Source of the DNA: Mobula hypostoma
Taxonomy: Eukaryota
Reading direction: 5' to 3'
Assembly: GCF_963921235.1 (NCBI RefSeq)
Contig: NC_086097.1
Coordinates: 170,192,001-170,256,000, forward strand
Length of the DNA stretch: 64,000 nucleotides
Positions 12,970-25,586 of this stretch are shown piece after piece. Each line of letters opens with the position of its first letter. The first letter of the stretch is position 1. The notes under the pieces are model-generated. The model did not search any database, was not told the origin of the DNA, and saw nothing but the letters and a program-made list of their open reading frames with translations. Position numbers and translations under genes: made by a program.

Positions 12970-14945
12970 AGGGCAAGACGACACGACTGTGGCTAACATG
13001 AGAAGTCAAAGCCAACGTAAAAGCTAAAGAGAGGGTATATAATAGAAAAAAATCAGTGGGAAATTAGAGTGTTGGGAAGCTTTTAAAAACCAACAGAAGA
13101 GAACTAAAAAGTCATTAAGAGGAAAAGATAGAATATGAAGGTCAGTGAGCCAATAATATTAAAGAGAATACAAATGCTTCTTTAGATACATAAGTGTAAA
13201 GGAGAGGTGAGTGTAGATATTGGACCACTGGATAATGATGCTGAAGAGGTAGTAATGGGGGACAAGGAAATAGCAGACAAGTTGAATTAGTATTTTGCAT
13301 CCTTCTTCACTGTGGAAGGCACTAGCAACATGCTGGAAGTTTGTGAGAGTCAGGGGGCAGAATTGTGCTAAGTTGTCAGAGAGAAGGTTCTTGGGAAATT
13401 GAAAGGTCTGGAGGTAGATGAGTCACCTGGACCAAATGGTATATATTCCAGGGTTCTGAAAGAGGTGGCTGAAGAGATTGTGGAGGCATTAGCAATGATC
13501 TTTCAAGAAACAATTAAACCTGGCATGGTTTTGGAGGAATGAAAAGTTGCAAATGTCACTCCGCTCTTCAAGAAGGAAGAGAGGCAGAAGAAAGGAAATT
13601 ATAGGCTAGTTAGTCTGACTTCAGTGGTTGAGAAGATGCTAGAGTCGATTGTGAAGGATGAAATTTTGGGGTACATGGAGCCACATGATAAAATAATTGG
13701 TAATCAGCATGGTTTCCTCAAGGGAAAATATTGCCTGATAAATCTGGTGAAATTCTTTGAGGAAATAACAAGCCCAATAGACAAAGGAGAATCAATGGAT
13801 GTTGTGTACTTGGATTTTCAAAAGGACTTTGACAAGATGCCACACATAAGGCTGGCTAACAATTTAAGAGCCAATGTATTACAGGAAAGATCCTAGCGTG
13901 GATAAAGACCGGCTGATTGGCAGGGTGCAAAGTGGGAATAATGGGAGCCTTTTCTGGGTGGCTGGCGGTGACTATTGGTGCTCCACAGGGGTCTGTGTTG
14001 GGACTGCTTTTTTAATGTTATATGTCACTGACTTGGATTGATGGCTTTGTGGTTAAGTTTGTGGACAATACAAAGATAGGTGGAGGGACAGGATGTTTTG
14101 AAGAAGTAGAGAGGCTACAGAAGGACTTAGGCAGATTAGGACAATGGGAAAAGAAGTGGCAGATGGAATACCGTTTCCGAAAGTTATGGTCATCCACTTT
14201 GGCAGAAAAAATAAAAGTGTAGACTGTTTTCTAAACGGGGAGAAAATTCAAAAATCTGAGGTGCAAAGGGACTTGGGAATCCTTGTTCAGGATTCCCTAA
14301 AGGTTAATTTTCAGCTTGAGTCAGCGGTGAGGAAGGTAAATGCATTGTTAGCACTCATTTCAAGAACACTAGAATATAAATCAAAGATGTAATGTTAAAG
14401 CTTTATAAAAAGTACTGATGAGGCCTCACTTGGAGTATTGTGAGCAGTTTTGGGCCTCTCATCTAAGAAAGGATGTGCTGACATTGGAGAAGGTTTAAAG
14501 GAGGTTCATAAAATGATTCCAGGATTGAAAGACTTGTTGTGTGAAGAGTGTTTGATGGCTCTGGGGCTATACTCACTGTGATTCAGAAGAATGAGGGGTG
14601 GCCTCATTAAAACCCATTGGATGTTGAAAGGCCTTGATAGATTGGAAGTGGAGAGGATGTTTCCTGTGTTGGAGGAATCTAAGACCAGACAGCACAGTTT
14701 CAGTATAAAAGGATGTCCGTTTAGAATGGGTATGAGGAGGAATTTCTTTAGCCAGAGTGATAAATCTGTGGAATTCATTACCACAGTATACAGTATTTAA
14801 AACTGTGGTTGATAGATTCTTGATTAGTTAGGGCATGAAGGGATTAGGGCTGAAAGAGGAAAATGGATCAGCCAAGTTCAAATGTTGGCTCAGACACAAT
14901 TGACCAAATGGCCTAATTCTGCTCCTATATCTAATGGTCATATGT
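12970..14945 (+). mobile_element. CR1 LINE, 5'-truncated, degenerate
   Basis: NQHGFLKGK...DVVYLDFQKDFDK, KFVDNTKIGG, QRDLGILV, FFSQ; tail CTAATGGTCATATG. Confidence 0.9.
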
Positions 14946-15189
14946 TCTTTTAAATACTTACTTTCTCACTTCAAACCAATACTCCTAATTTTGGACTCCT
15001 GACTGCTGAGGGAAATAATGCAGCCATCGACCTTATCTATGTCTTTCATGATTCTATATACCTATATAAGGTCACCCCTCAGCCTACTTCGCTCCAGGAA
15101 AAAAAAAGCCCCAGCCTTCACTCTGAAGAGCTCACAGCATGTGTAAGTGCTAGAATTATATTCATTGATCATTCTACATTGCTAGACTA

Positions 15190-17083
15190 TATTGGGTGAT
15201 TGCTGGTGGACAGTGCCAATGCCTTTAAATTTCTGGGCTTAAGCATATTGGATGAGCTGCCCTGAGTCCCACACATTGATATAATCACTAGGAAGGTATA
15301 CCAGTGTCTAGACTTTTGTAGGTGGTTAAGGAGGTACAGCTTATCATCAACCTCTCCAACGAACTTGAACAGATGTACTGTTGAAAGTAGCCTGACTGCT
15401 GACATCATGGTCTGGTATGGGAATTTGGATGCTCAGGGATGTAAAAATCTGCAGAGAGTAGTGGACTCAACCGAATGAACCACAGGCATATCCACCCCAC
15501 CATTGTTAGTATCTACAGGAGGTGCTGCCTCAAGTAGGCAACAAATATCATCAAAGATACATCCAGGCCATGCCATCTTCTCACAGCTACCGCTGGGCAG
15601 GAGGTACAGAAGCCTGGAGTTCCATACTACCAGGTTCTAGAACAGCTACTTCACTTCAAATATTCAGTTCTTGAACCAATGGACACAATCCTAATCATTA
15701 GATCAGCTACACCATGAACATTTTGATCACAATGCACTAAATGGACTTGCTTTTCTTCTAATTGAATTCTTCCTTTTAAAAGTTGTGTGTAACTTATGTT
15801 TTTCTTCTGTATGCTGCTGTGAACCTTTGACAAGGTCCCACACGGAAGGTTAGTTAGGAAGGTTCAATCATTAGGTATTAATATCGAAGTAGTAAAATAG
15901 ATTCAGCAGTGGCTGGATGGGAGATGCCAGAGATTAGTGGTGGATAACTGTGTGTCAGATTGGAGGATGGTGTCTAGTGGTGTGCCTCAGGGATCTGTAC
16001 TGGGTCCAATGTTGTTTGTCATATATATCAATGATCTGGATGATGGAGTGGTAAATTGGATTAGTAGGTATACAGATGAAACTAAGATAGGTGGAGTTGT
16101 GGATAATGAAGTAGGTTTTCAAAGCTTGCAGAGAGATTTAGGCCAGTTAGAAGAGTGGGCTGAAAGATGGCAGATGGAGTTTAATGCTGATAAATGTGAG
16201 GTGCTACATTTTGGTAGGACTACTCAAAATAGGATATACATGGTAAATGGTAGGGCATTGAAGAATGCAGTAGAACAGAGAGATCTAGGAATAATGGTGC
16301 ATAGTTCCCTGAAGGTGGAATCTCATGTGGATAGGGTGGTGAAGAAAGCTTTTGGTATGCTGGCCTTTATAAATCAGAGCATTGAGTATAGGAGTTGGGA
16401 TGTAATGTTGAAATTGTACAAGGCATTGGTAAGGCCAAATTTGGAGTATTGTGTACAGTTCTGGTCACCGAATTATAGGAAAGATGTCAACAAAATTGAG
16501 AGAGTACAGAGGAGATTTACTAGAATGTTGCCTGGGTTTCATCTCCTAAGTTACAGAGAAAGGTTGAACAAGTCAGGTCTTTATTCTTTGGAGCATAGAA
16601 GGTTGAGGGGGGACCTGATAGAGGTATTTAAAATTATGAAGGGGATGGATAGCATTGACATGGATAGGCTTTTTCCATTGAGAGTGAGGGAGATTCAAAC
16701 AAGAGGACATGAGTTGAGAATTAAAAGGCAAAATTTTAGGGGTAACATGAGGGGGAACTTCTTTACTCAGGGAGTGGTAGCTGTGTGGAACGAGCTTCCA
16801 GCAGAAGTGGTTGAGGCAGGTTCGATGTTGTCATTTAAAGTTAAATTGGATAACTATAAGGACAGGAAAGGAATGGAGGGTTATGGGCTGAGTGCAGGTC
16901 GGTGGGACTAGGTGAAAGTAAGAGTTCGGCATGGAATAGAAGGGCCGAGGTGGCCTGTTTCTGTGCTGTAATTGTTATATGGTTATATGAGTCTACATGC
17001 CTGTGTTGGTGCTGCAAGGAAGTTTTTCATTGCGTTTGTGCATGCATGTACTTGTGCTTATGACAATAAACTTGACTTTGACT
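15190..17083 (+). mobile_element. Rex1/Babar 3' fragment split by CR1 (15190-15822 plus 16990-17083)
   Basis: FKFLG...YRCTVES-like segment; the 3' UTR resumes after the CR1 and ends AATAAACTTGACTTTGACT. Confidence 0.7.
15824..16988 (+). mobile_element. CR1 LINE, young, 5'-truncated
   Basis: 324-aa ORF 15937-16911: SGVPQGSVLGP, YTDETK (mutated YADD), LEYCVQFWSP, TRGH; tail GTTATATGGTTATATG. Confidence 0.95.
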
Positions 17084-17579
17084 TAGGGGCTGTGAAAGAC
17101 AATGATGGCAGTTGTAATATTCACATCAGTACAGACAGCAGAGAGCAAAACATCTGTGTCTTGGGATACAGAAATTCATAATAGTTTTATGTTGAGGAAC
17201 GAATGTCTTAGGTTGCACTTTATTGATCCAATTTCTGATGATGACACAGTGTAGGTGTGATATACAAACACTGATCACGTCACTGTATGCAATAATAACT
17301 TTCTGAAAATGGTTGGCATAATTGTGTGAGTCATACCTTACAGAGCTCAGTCCAATTTCCTGATGGGTGGGAGTTCAACCAGAAATTTGAGCAAATCTAT
17401 TAAAACATATCCAAAAGTGATTTGACGTGGGATTTATACATAAAATGTGTGCAATACATTCTGAATTTTCAGTGCTTGTAGTCACAATGTAGGTATAACT
17501 GCAATCCATTTATTTAAACATACATTATTCGGTTTATCTCTGGCTCAGATGACAGTAGTTCAAGTCCCATGGCATTTAG

Positions 17580-18050
17580 TTCAGAATCAGAACTAGGTTT
17601 ATTATCACTGGCATATGCTGTGAAGTTTGTTCTTTTGAGGCAGAGGAGCAATGCAAGACATAAGAATCCTATAAGCTACAAAAAAGTAAGTAAACAATGC
17701 AGAAGTAGAACAGTGAAGTAGTGCTCATGGGTTCATGGACCATTCAGAAATCTGAAGATCTGTCCTTAATGATGGATGCCAACATCTTGAATTACTACCT
17801 TTTGCAAATGTCCTTGATGGTTGGACATTTGTATCTGTGGTGGAGCTGGGTGAGTCTACAACTGCCTGCAGCCTTTTCTGATACTGTGCACATCTCCCTA
17901 CATCTGTAGAAATTTACTAGAGACTTTGCTGACATTACCAAATCTCCCCAAACTTCTAATGTATAGCCACTGTCACACCTTTTACATGGTTTTATCAATA
18001 CGTTAGGCACAGGATAAATCCCCTGAGATGTTGGCATCCTGGAACTTGAA
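17580..18050 (-). mobile_element. Rex1/Babar 3' remnant
   Basis: TCAGAATCAGAA..GGTTTATTATCACTG tail; KSLVNFYRC in ORF 17795-18076. Confidence 0.65.
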
Positions 18051-19127
18051 GCAGCAGCGCTGAGTGAGTGCTGCACAGCTGAATGTGTTGCTTGTCAGAT
18101 GAAATTATAAACTGAGGTTCTAGTGCCTTCACTGAAGGTCTTCTCCAACCTCTTAAACACAGATTGTATCACTAGGTAGAGGCAGATAGGAGTAAATGAG
18201 GTACTTGAAGAGTATAAGAAATGCAAGAGAACATTTAAGAAGGAAATCAGTAGGGCTAAAAGAAAATATGAGGTTGCTCTAGCAGACAAGGTGGAAGAGA
18301 AGCCTGAGGCCTTCTTCATATAGATTAGGAGCAAAAGGATAGTCGTCTGGAAGATCAGAGTGGTAATCTACGTGTCTAGCCAAAAAAGGTAGAGGCGATA
18401 ATAAATGGATTTTGCATCTGTATTTACTCAGGAGATGGACACAGAGTCTGTGGAAATGAGGCAAAGCAGCATCGAGGTCGTGGACCCCATACAGATTACA
18501 GAGGAGGAGGGCAGCCTTGAGGCAAATTAGGGTGGATAAATCCCTGGAGCCTGATAGTATGTTCCCTTGGACCCTATGGGAGGCACATGCAGAAGTTGCA
18601 GGGACCCTAGTAGAGATATTTAAAACATCCTGAACCATGGGTGAAGTGCTGGAGAAAGGCTCTAAGGAGACAGGAAATTACAGGCTGATGAGTGTGACGT
18701 CAGTATAGGAAAGTTATTGGAAGGTATTCTAAAGGACTGGATATATAAGTATTTGGATGGACAGGGACTGATTAGGGATAGTCAACATAGCTTTGTGCGT
18801 GGTAAGACGTGTCTAACCAATCTTATACAGTTTTTCGAGGAAGTTACCAGGAAAAGTGAATGAAGGCAAGGCAGTAGATATTGTCTACATGGACTTTAGC
18901 AAGGCCTTTGACAAGGTCCCGCATGGGACGTTGGTCAAGAAGATTCAATCGCTTGGCATTCAAAATGGGGTGGGGGACTTCTAGTAGCGCTCATGGAGTG
19001 AAGTCGCGTTCTTGACTCGCTCCATTACCTCTGAGTTTTTCTTCTTATGATCAGCTATATTTTAATTAACCATTAAGGCATCAACTTTTACAATACTTTG
19101 AAATAAATTGGGCTCTCCGATAATTGG

Positions 19128-19991
19128 ATGCGTTTAAGGTCTGCTATGTCTAAGAATGGAAAAAACAGGAAGGATGGTAAACCTCCGGTTAGACCGAAAG
19201 GTACTGATTTCCCTCTGACTGAACCACCGGTGACTTTGAAAGCTATATCGGAGCTAATTCAAAGGGAAATTTCAACCTCTGTTACGGAGCTGATTCGTGC
19301 GGAAATTTCAACTAGTTTCCAGAAAGTTGCCGATTCAATCGAGAAGATACAGATATCTATTACGGAACATCGGTCGGCTATATCTGATCTTCAAAAATCC
19401 ATGCAACAAAGTGAGCTCAAGATGGAGAAAATCGAAGAAACAATTAATGTAATGAAAAAGAAACTCGACTTTCTGACCTTTAAAAACTCTGACTTAGAAT
19501 CTAGAATGCGACGCCAGAATCTTCGAATGATTGGGGTGCGCGAAGCTGTTGAATTCGATAACCCTATGAAGTATTTTTCTCAACTTTTAAAAGATGCATT
19601 TCCTACTGTATTTCCTGACCAACCACCATTATTGGATCGTGTTCACAGAGTTCCATCATACTTGCCTAGGTCAGATAAACCTAGACATGTCATTTTACGT
19701 TTTCATTACTTTCAAGACAAGGAGAAACTGTTTCGATTCGTTCGATCTAAAGGTTTTATTGATTTTTTGGATCTTAAGTTCCGATTCGTGGAGGATTTCA
19801 GTAAACCAATCCGGGATCAACGGGTTCGTTACAGATCTGTGATGTCGGAACTCTACAAGATGGATTTAAGACCAGCGCTGCTTTACCCTGCACGTTTAAG
19901 GATTCGTACGCTGGATGGAGCCCTCCGTTTTTTTGAATCTCCATCGGATGCCCAGAGTTATCTGGATCAATTTTCACCTTCAACATCTTAA
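19128..19991 (+). CDS. L1 ORF1p, open reading frame intact (287 aa)
   Basis: Heptad coiled coil, then DLESRMRRQNLRMIGVRE, LDRVHRV, KPRHVILRF, FVEDFS, LLYPARLRI. The start could be the ATG at 19128 or 19146. Confidence 0.9.
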   Translation: MRLRSAMSKNGKNRKDGKPPVRPKGTDFPLTEPPVTLKAISELIQREISTSVTELIRAEISTSFQKVADSIEKIQISITEHRSAISDLQKSMQQSELKMEKIEETINVMKKKLDFLTFKNSDLESRMRRQNLRMIGVREAVEFDNPMKYFSQLLKDAFPTVFPDQPPLLDRVHRVPSYLPRSDKPRHVILRFHYFQDKEKLFRFVRSKGFIDFLDLKFRFVEDFSKPIRDQRVRYRSVMSELYKMDLRPALLYPARLRIRTLDGALRFFESPSDAQSYLDQFSPSTS

Positions 19992-20703
19992 TCGTAATAT
20001 TTTAACTATCTCCGTTGATCGGAGGCTGTGAATTTGTCGGTCTTAATTTTTTTTTGCCCTATTTGGGCAGAAAAGTTTATTTTTGATTACTTAATATGGT
20101 TGCTAAACTTTCTTTTTAACTGCGTCATTTCTTTCTTTTTCCCAGGGGATTCTGGGTGGTTACTTCCTTATTGTCATTTTACGTATTTCCTTTGTGGTCT
20201 TAAATTTTGTAGTTTTTTTAAAAATCTATTTTGTTTTGTAGGTTTTTATAACTAGTTTATGTTAATAATCTCATTTTTTTTGTTGTTTTGTTTACTCATG
20301 GGTCTGGGGTTTATTGCGGTTTTTTTTATATTTTCTGGCTTTTATTCTGTTATGTGTTTATTTTAATTGAGTTATCTTTTTTTATTCTTTTACTGTTTTA
20401 TAATCAGCTGATCTTTTTTATATTTACACTTTTTTTTAGGGAGCGTATACCGGAAGTCATGGGGGTAGTTTTAGTGCTTGCTTCTTTCGGGCTGGTCTGC
20501 GTTAGATTTAGCCTTGGGGTCATGGGGTGGGGGGTGGTGGGAGGGGCTTCACATTTTAGTTTCTTTCTTCTTGGACTATATACATTATTGAAGTATTGGT
20601 TGCGTTCTTCTTCCCGGTATCTCTTGTATGTTCTGTTCCCTTTCCGGGTTCGTGGGTCGAGCCTATCGTCAATTCTCCTTGTTGCGGGTTGACTTTAGGG
20701 TTT

Positions 20704-23700
20704 ATGGAGTCTATTATTAATTTTGTCTCCTGGAATACTAATGGTCTTAATCATCCTATTAAAAGGAAAAAAGTTTTTAAAGTGTTCCGGAGACTTAAAG
20801 CACAAATTTTATTTTTACAAGAGACCCATGTGCGGAGGGGGGACAGACTACGTTTTTTTAAATTCTGGAAGGGACAACAGTTTCATTCGAACTCCAATGC
20901 TAAGATTCGAGGCGTCTCTATTTTTATAGACTCCTCAGTTACTTTTATACAACATGATATTATTTCTGATCCGAATGGTAGATTTCTATTGGTTAGTGGT
21001 TTACTATTTAATAAAAAAGTAGTTTTGGTTAATGTTTATGCTCCTAATATGGACTGTCCGGAATTTTATAAATCATTATTTAATCAGTTTCCGAATTTGA
21101 ATGAGTTTTCATTGATCTGGGGCGGAGATCTTAATACCTGTTTGTCTCCAGCTTTGGACCGTTCGGCTCCTCTACGGACCTTACCTAATAAATCTGCAAC
21201 TTTGATTAATTCATTCCTTTCTGATTCTGGGTCGACGGACATTTGGCATTTTTTGCATCCTCAGGAAAAAGATTTTTCTTTTTTTTCACATGTTCATCAT
21301 TCCTATTCAAGAATTGATTATTTCTTTATTGATTCTCGTCTTATTTCCTCAGTGATTAAATGTGATTATGACTCTATAACCATTTCGGATCATGCTCCAC
21401 TTAAGCTTTCTATTAAAATTCTGGCCAATATACAAAATAATAGACAATGGCGTTTTAATTCGCTGTTGCTTCAGGACTCGGACTTTGTTAACCTTATGAA
21501 TGAACAGATTGATTTTTTTTTACAATTAACTATACAGAGGATATTTCTGTCAACATTCTTTGGGACACTTTTAAAGCTTATATTCGTGGTCAGATTATCT
21601 CGTATTCTGCTGTTTTGAGGAAGAAGCTGAAGCAGGAGGAGTTGGTAATTGTGGACAAGATTAAGGAAATCGATAAGAAATATGTTACAGCTCCCTCTGA
21701 GGAGTTATATAAACAAAGAACTGGACTTCAAATGGAACACAGTTTATTACTTTCGTCCTTGATTGTAAACCAATTAAAGAAAACAAGAAGTGAATTTTAT
21801 GTACACAGTGACAAAATTGGCAAACTGTTGGCTAATCAACTGAAGTCTAATTATGCTAAATCTCAAATTAATCAGATTTATAACCAAAATGATCGACTGA
21901 TACTTGATCATGTGGGGATTAATCAAACCTTCTGTGATTTTTATTCTTCCTTATATCAATCAGAGTCTCCTCGAGATTCTAAATATATGAATGATTTTTT
22001 AGATAATTTAGACTTCCCTGAGATTTCACAGGATATGTCTTCTATGTTAGATACTCCCATTACCATGGATGAGATTAAGAATGTTATTTTCTCTATGAAT
22101 TTGGGGAAAGCTCCTGGCCCTGATGGGTTTACCGTAGAATTTTATAAATGTTTTGCTCCTTCATTAATCCCTTGGCTCTGTACGGTTTTTGAGGCTTCAT
22201 TAAAACTTGGTAAACTTCCTGAATCTTTCAATAGAGCGTCAATTTCTCTAATATTAAAGAAGGATAAAGATCCTGCTCAATGTGCATCTTACAGACCAAT
22301 ATCTTTATTAAATGTTGATTCTAAAGTTTTTTCTAAGTTATTAGCAAATAGATTAGAAAAAGTACTTCCTTCTATTATTTCGGAAGACCAAATGGGTTTT
22401 ATTAAAGGTCGTTACTCTTTTTATAATATTCGCACACTGTTAAATATCGTTTATACTCCCTCACAAAATGTTCCTGAGTGTGTTATCTCTTTAGATGCTG
22501 AGAAAGCTTTTGATAGAGTAGAATGGCCTTATTTATTTAAGGTGCTTGAAATGTTTAATTTTAGCTCGAAATTTATATCCTGGATTAAACTGTTATATCA
22601 TTCTCCTGTGGCCTCGGTCCGTACTAACTCTTTAAGTTCACCTTTTTTCCCTCTTTTTCGAGCTACTCGACAAGGTTGTCCTCTTAGTCCCTTATTATTT
22701 GATATTGCATTAGAACCTCTTGCAATTGCCATTCGAGAATCTCCAAATATTACTGGGATAACTCGGGGCTTAAAGTCCCATAAAATATCACTCTATGCTG
22801 ATGATTTACTTTTATATATTTCTAATCCTCAAAAATCCATCCCAGCTGTTTTAGAGCTATTAGCACAATTTGGTCTTTTTTCAGGTTATAAATTAAATCT
22901 TAGTAAGAGTGAACTCTTTCCGAGTAATAAACAACTTCCCTTATATTATACATTTCCATTTAAATTGATTAATAATTATTTTTCATATCTTGGGATTAAA
23001 ATTACTTGTAAATACAAAGATTTATTTAAGACTAACCTTTTACCATTAATAGACCATATTATTCAACTTTCATCTAAATAGTTTCCTTTATATTTGACAT
23101 TGATTGGTCGTATTAATGCAGTTAAGATGTTTTTTTTGCCAAAATTTTTATATATATTTCAGGCATTACCAATCTTTGTTCCAAAATCTTTTTTTGACAA
23201 AGTTGACTCTAAAATTTCTTCATTTATTTGGCAGAATAAAAACCCGAGACTGGGTAAAATACATTTACAGAAAGCTAAGAGAGATGGAGGCTTAGCATTA
23301 CCTAACTTTAGATTTTATTATTGGGCAATTAATATTCGACATATGAAATTCTGGTTACTTGACCAGGATATACTATCCATTCCTAAATGGGTAGCATTGG
23401 AATTACAATCTGTTCAGGGTTTTACACTTGGCTCTATTTTAGGTTACTCTCTTCCTTTTGATTTGAAACGCCTTAAACAGGTGTCTAACCCGATAGTTAA
23501 ATATACCTTACGTATTTGGTTTCAATTCAGAAAATTTTTTGATCTTAATCAATTTGGGTTAGCGATTCCTATTTTAGGTAACATATTTTTTCCTCCCTCT
23601 TTTATGGATTGTGCTTTTCAAATTTGGAAGACTAAGGGTATTTCACGGTTTTCGGACTTATTTTTAGATGGTTCCCTTATGTCTTTTGAACAATTATCTA

Positions 23701-24480
23701 ATAAATATAACTTATCAAGAATACATTTTTTTTAGATATCTACAAGTTAGAAATTTCCTAAGTACTATACTTTCTTCCTTTCCAATGCTTCCTCCTACAT
23801 ACATTTTAGATACTATAATTAACCTTAATCCATGTCAGAAAGGTGCATCGGCTATGATTCATAATATTATTATGAAACTTAGGAAAGCTCCATTTGATAA
23901 GATTAGGGTAGATTGGGAACAGGAATTGGGGTTTACCATTTCCGTGGATGACTGGGGGCAGATTTTACAATTAGTCAATACTTCCTCTATCTGTGCTAAA
24001 CATTCCCTAATTCAATTTAAAGTTGTTCATAGAGCACATACGTCCAAGGATAAGTTAGCGCGCTTTTAATCTCATATTAATCCTTTTTGTGATAGATGTC
24101 CGGGGCAGATAGCCTCTTTAACTCATATGTTTTGGTCTTGCCCTACTTTGGAAACTTTTTGGAGAGACATTTTTAATGTTATCTCCAAGGTATTGAATAT
24201 AGATATCTCTCCTCACCCTATTACTGCTGTCTTTGGACTACCTAAAATTTCCAGTAATCTTTCCCCTTCAGCCCGTAGAATGATTGCATTTCTTACTTTA
24301 ATGGCAAAAAGATGTATCTTACAACATTGGAAAGAGCTTAATGCTCCAACTACCTTTTTTTGGTTTTCTTAGACGATATTATGCCTGAATTTGGAGAAAA
24401 TTAGAAGCAATCTTTATGACTCCTCATTTAAATTTGAACAGACTTGGAGATCTTTTATTCAATATTTTCATTTAATGTAA
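20704..24480 (+). pseudogene. L1 ORF2p (APE endonuclease, RT, CCHC) with few lesions
   Basis: SWNTNGL, LQETH, VYAPN, GGDLN, SRIDY, SDH; QGCPLSP, YADD; CDRC-x8-HMFWSC. Frameshifts at T-runs ~21520 and ~23730; stops at 23079, 24067 and 24370. Confidence 0.93.
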
Positions 24481-25120
24481 TATATACCCTTCTTGTTTTT
24501 TTTACTGTTTTTAATGGAGGTCGGGATTGAGGACGTGATTTTAAGTTTAACTCTGTTTGGTTTCAAGTTAGCCCATTGCTTTGCTTTGCTTTTAGTTAGT
24601 TGCACGGTGAGTTTTTTTTGGGGGGGGGGGGTTTCCTTTTCTCTATTGATATATATATAAAAATTAGTATACTATTATGTTACCTTGGTATGTTATGTTT
24701 AAATTACATTGTTTGTAGTATTTTTTTGTATTAATATCTTCTGTAATTTTATTATATTCTAACAGTGTATTAGTGTCTATATGGCTTACCTTTTTGTATA
24801 CTTATTCAATAAAAAGATTTAAAAAGAAACAAAATGAGGTAATAAATTGGATTAGACATTGGCTTCATAGAAGAAGCCAGAGGCTGGTTGTAAATGGTTG
24901 CCTCTCTGACTGGAGGCCTTTGACTAGTGGTGTGCCCTAAGGATTGGTTCTAGTTCTGTTGTTGATTGTCATCTATATCAACCATCTGAAAAATAATGTG
25001 GTTAACTGGATCAGCAAATTTGCGAATGACACCAAGATTGGGAGTGCAGAGGACATTGAGAAAGACTGTCAAAGTTTGCTGCAGGATTTGGACCAACTGG
25101 AAAAATGGGCTGAAAAATGG

Positions 25121-25188
25121 CAACACACTCAAAATGCTGAAGGAACTCAGCAGGCCAGGCAGCATCTATGGAAAAAAGTACAGTTGAC
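25121..25188 (-). mobile_element. Penelope pseudo-LTR 3' fragment within CR1
   Basis: CAACACACTCAAAATGCTGAAGGAACTCAGCAGGCCAGGCAGCATCTATGG...CAGTTGAC matches the termini of the other Penelope copies; it replaces part of CR1 ORF2. Confidence 0.8.
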
Positions 25189-25369
25189 CAACCAGGTAGG
25201 TCCTAAACGAAAATCGGTAGGGCATTGAGGAGTGCATTAGAAATGAGGGATCTGAGAATACAGATCCATAGTTCCAAAAAAAGTGGCATCTCAGCTAGAT
25301 AGGGTCATAAAGAAAACATTTGGCACATTGGCCTTCATAAATCAATGTATCGAGTATGGGAGTTGGGAT

Positions 25370-25586
25370 CAACAGGAATTCTGCAGATGCTGGAAATTCA
25401 AGCAACACACATCAAAGTTTCTGGTGAACGCAGCAGGCCAGGCAGCATCTCTAGAAAGAGGTGCAGTCGATGTTTCAGGCTGAGACCCTTCGTCAGACGA
25501 AGGGTCTCGGCCTGAAACGTCGACTGCACCTCTTCCTAGAGATGCTGCCTGGCCTGCTGCGTTCACCAGCAACTTTGATGTGTGTT
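25370..25586. mobile_element. Penelope inverted pseudo-LTR insertion (91-bp arms plus 34-nt tail)
   Basis: Arms 25404-25494 and 25496-25586; TSD TA(T/C)GGGAGTTGGGAT at 25355-25369 and 25586-25600. Confidence 0.9.

Larger units (their letters stand above)
18972..24829 (+). mobile_element. Full-length L1-clade LINE (~5.86 kb), young
   Basis: Starts GGGGG; TSD CAAAATG(G/A)GGT at 18961-18971 and 24830-24840; ORF1, ~710-bp spacer, ORF2, AATAAA 24808-24813, short A-rich tail. Confidence 0.96.

Noticed and set aside
20028..20692. Phe/Leu-rich membrane-protein-like ORFs in the L1 spacer
   Set aside because: By-product of T-rich composition, with non-ATG starts.
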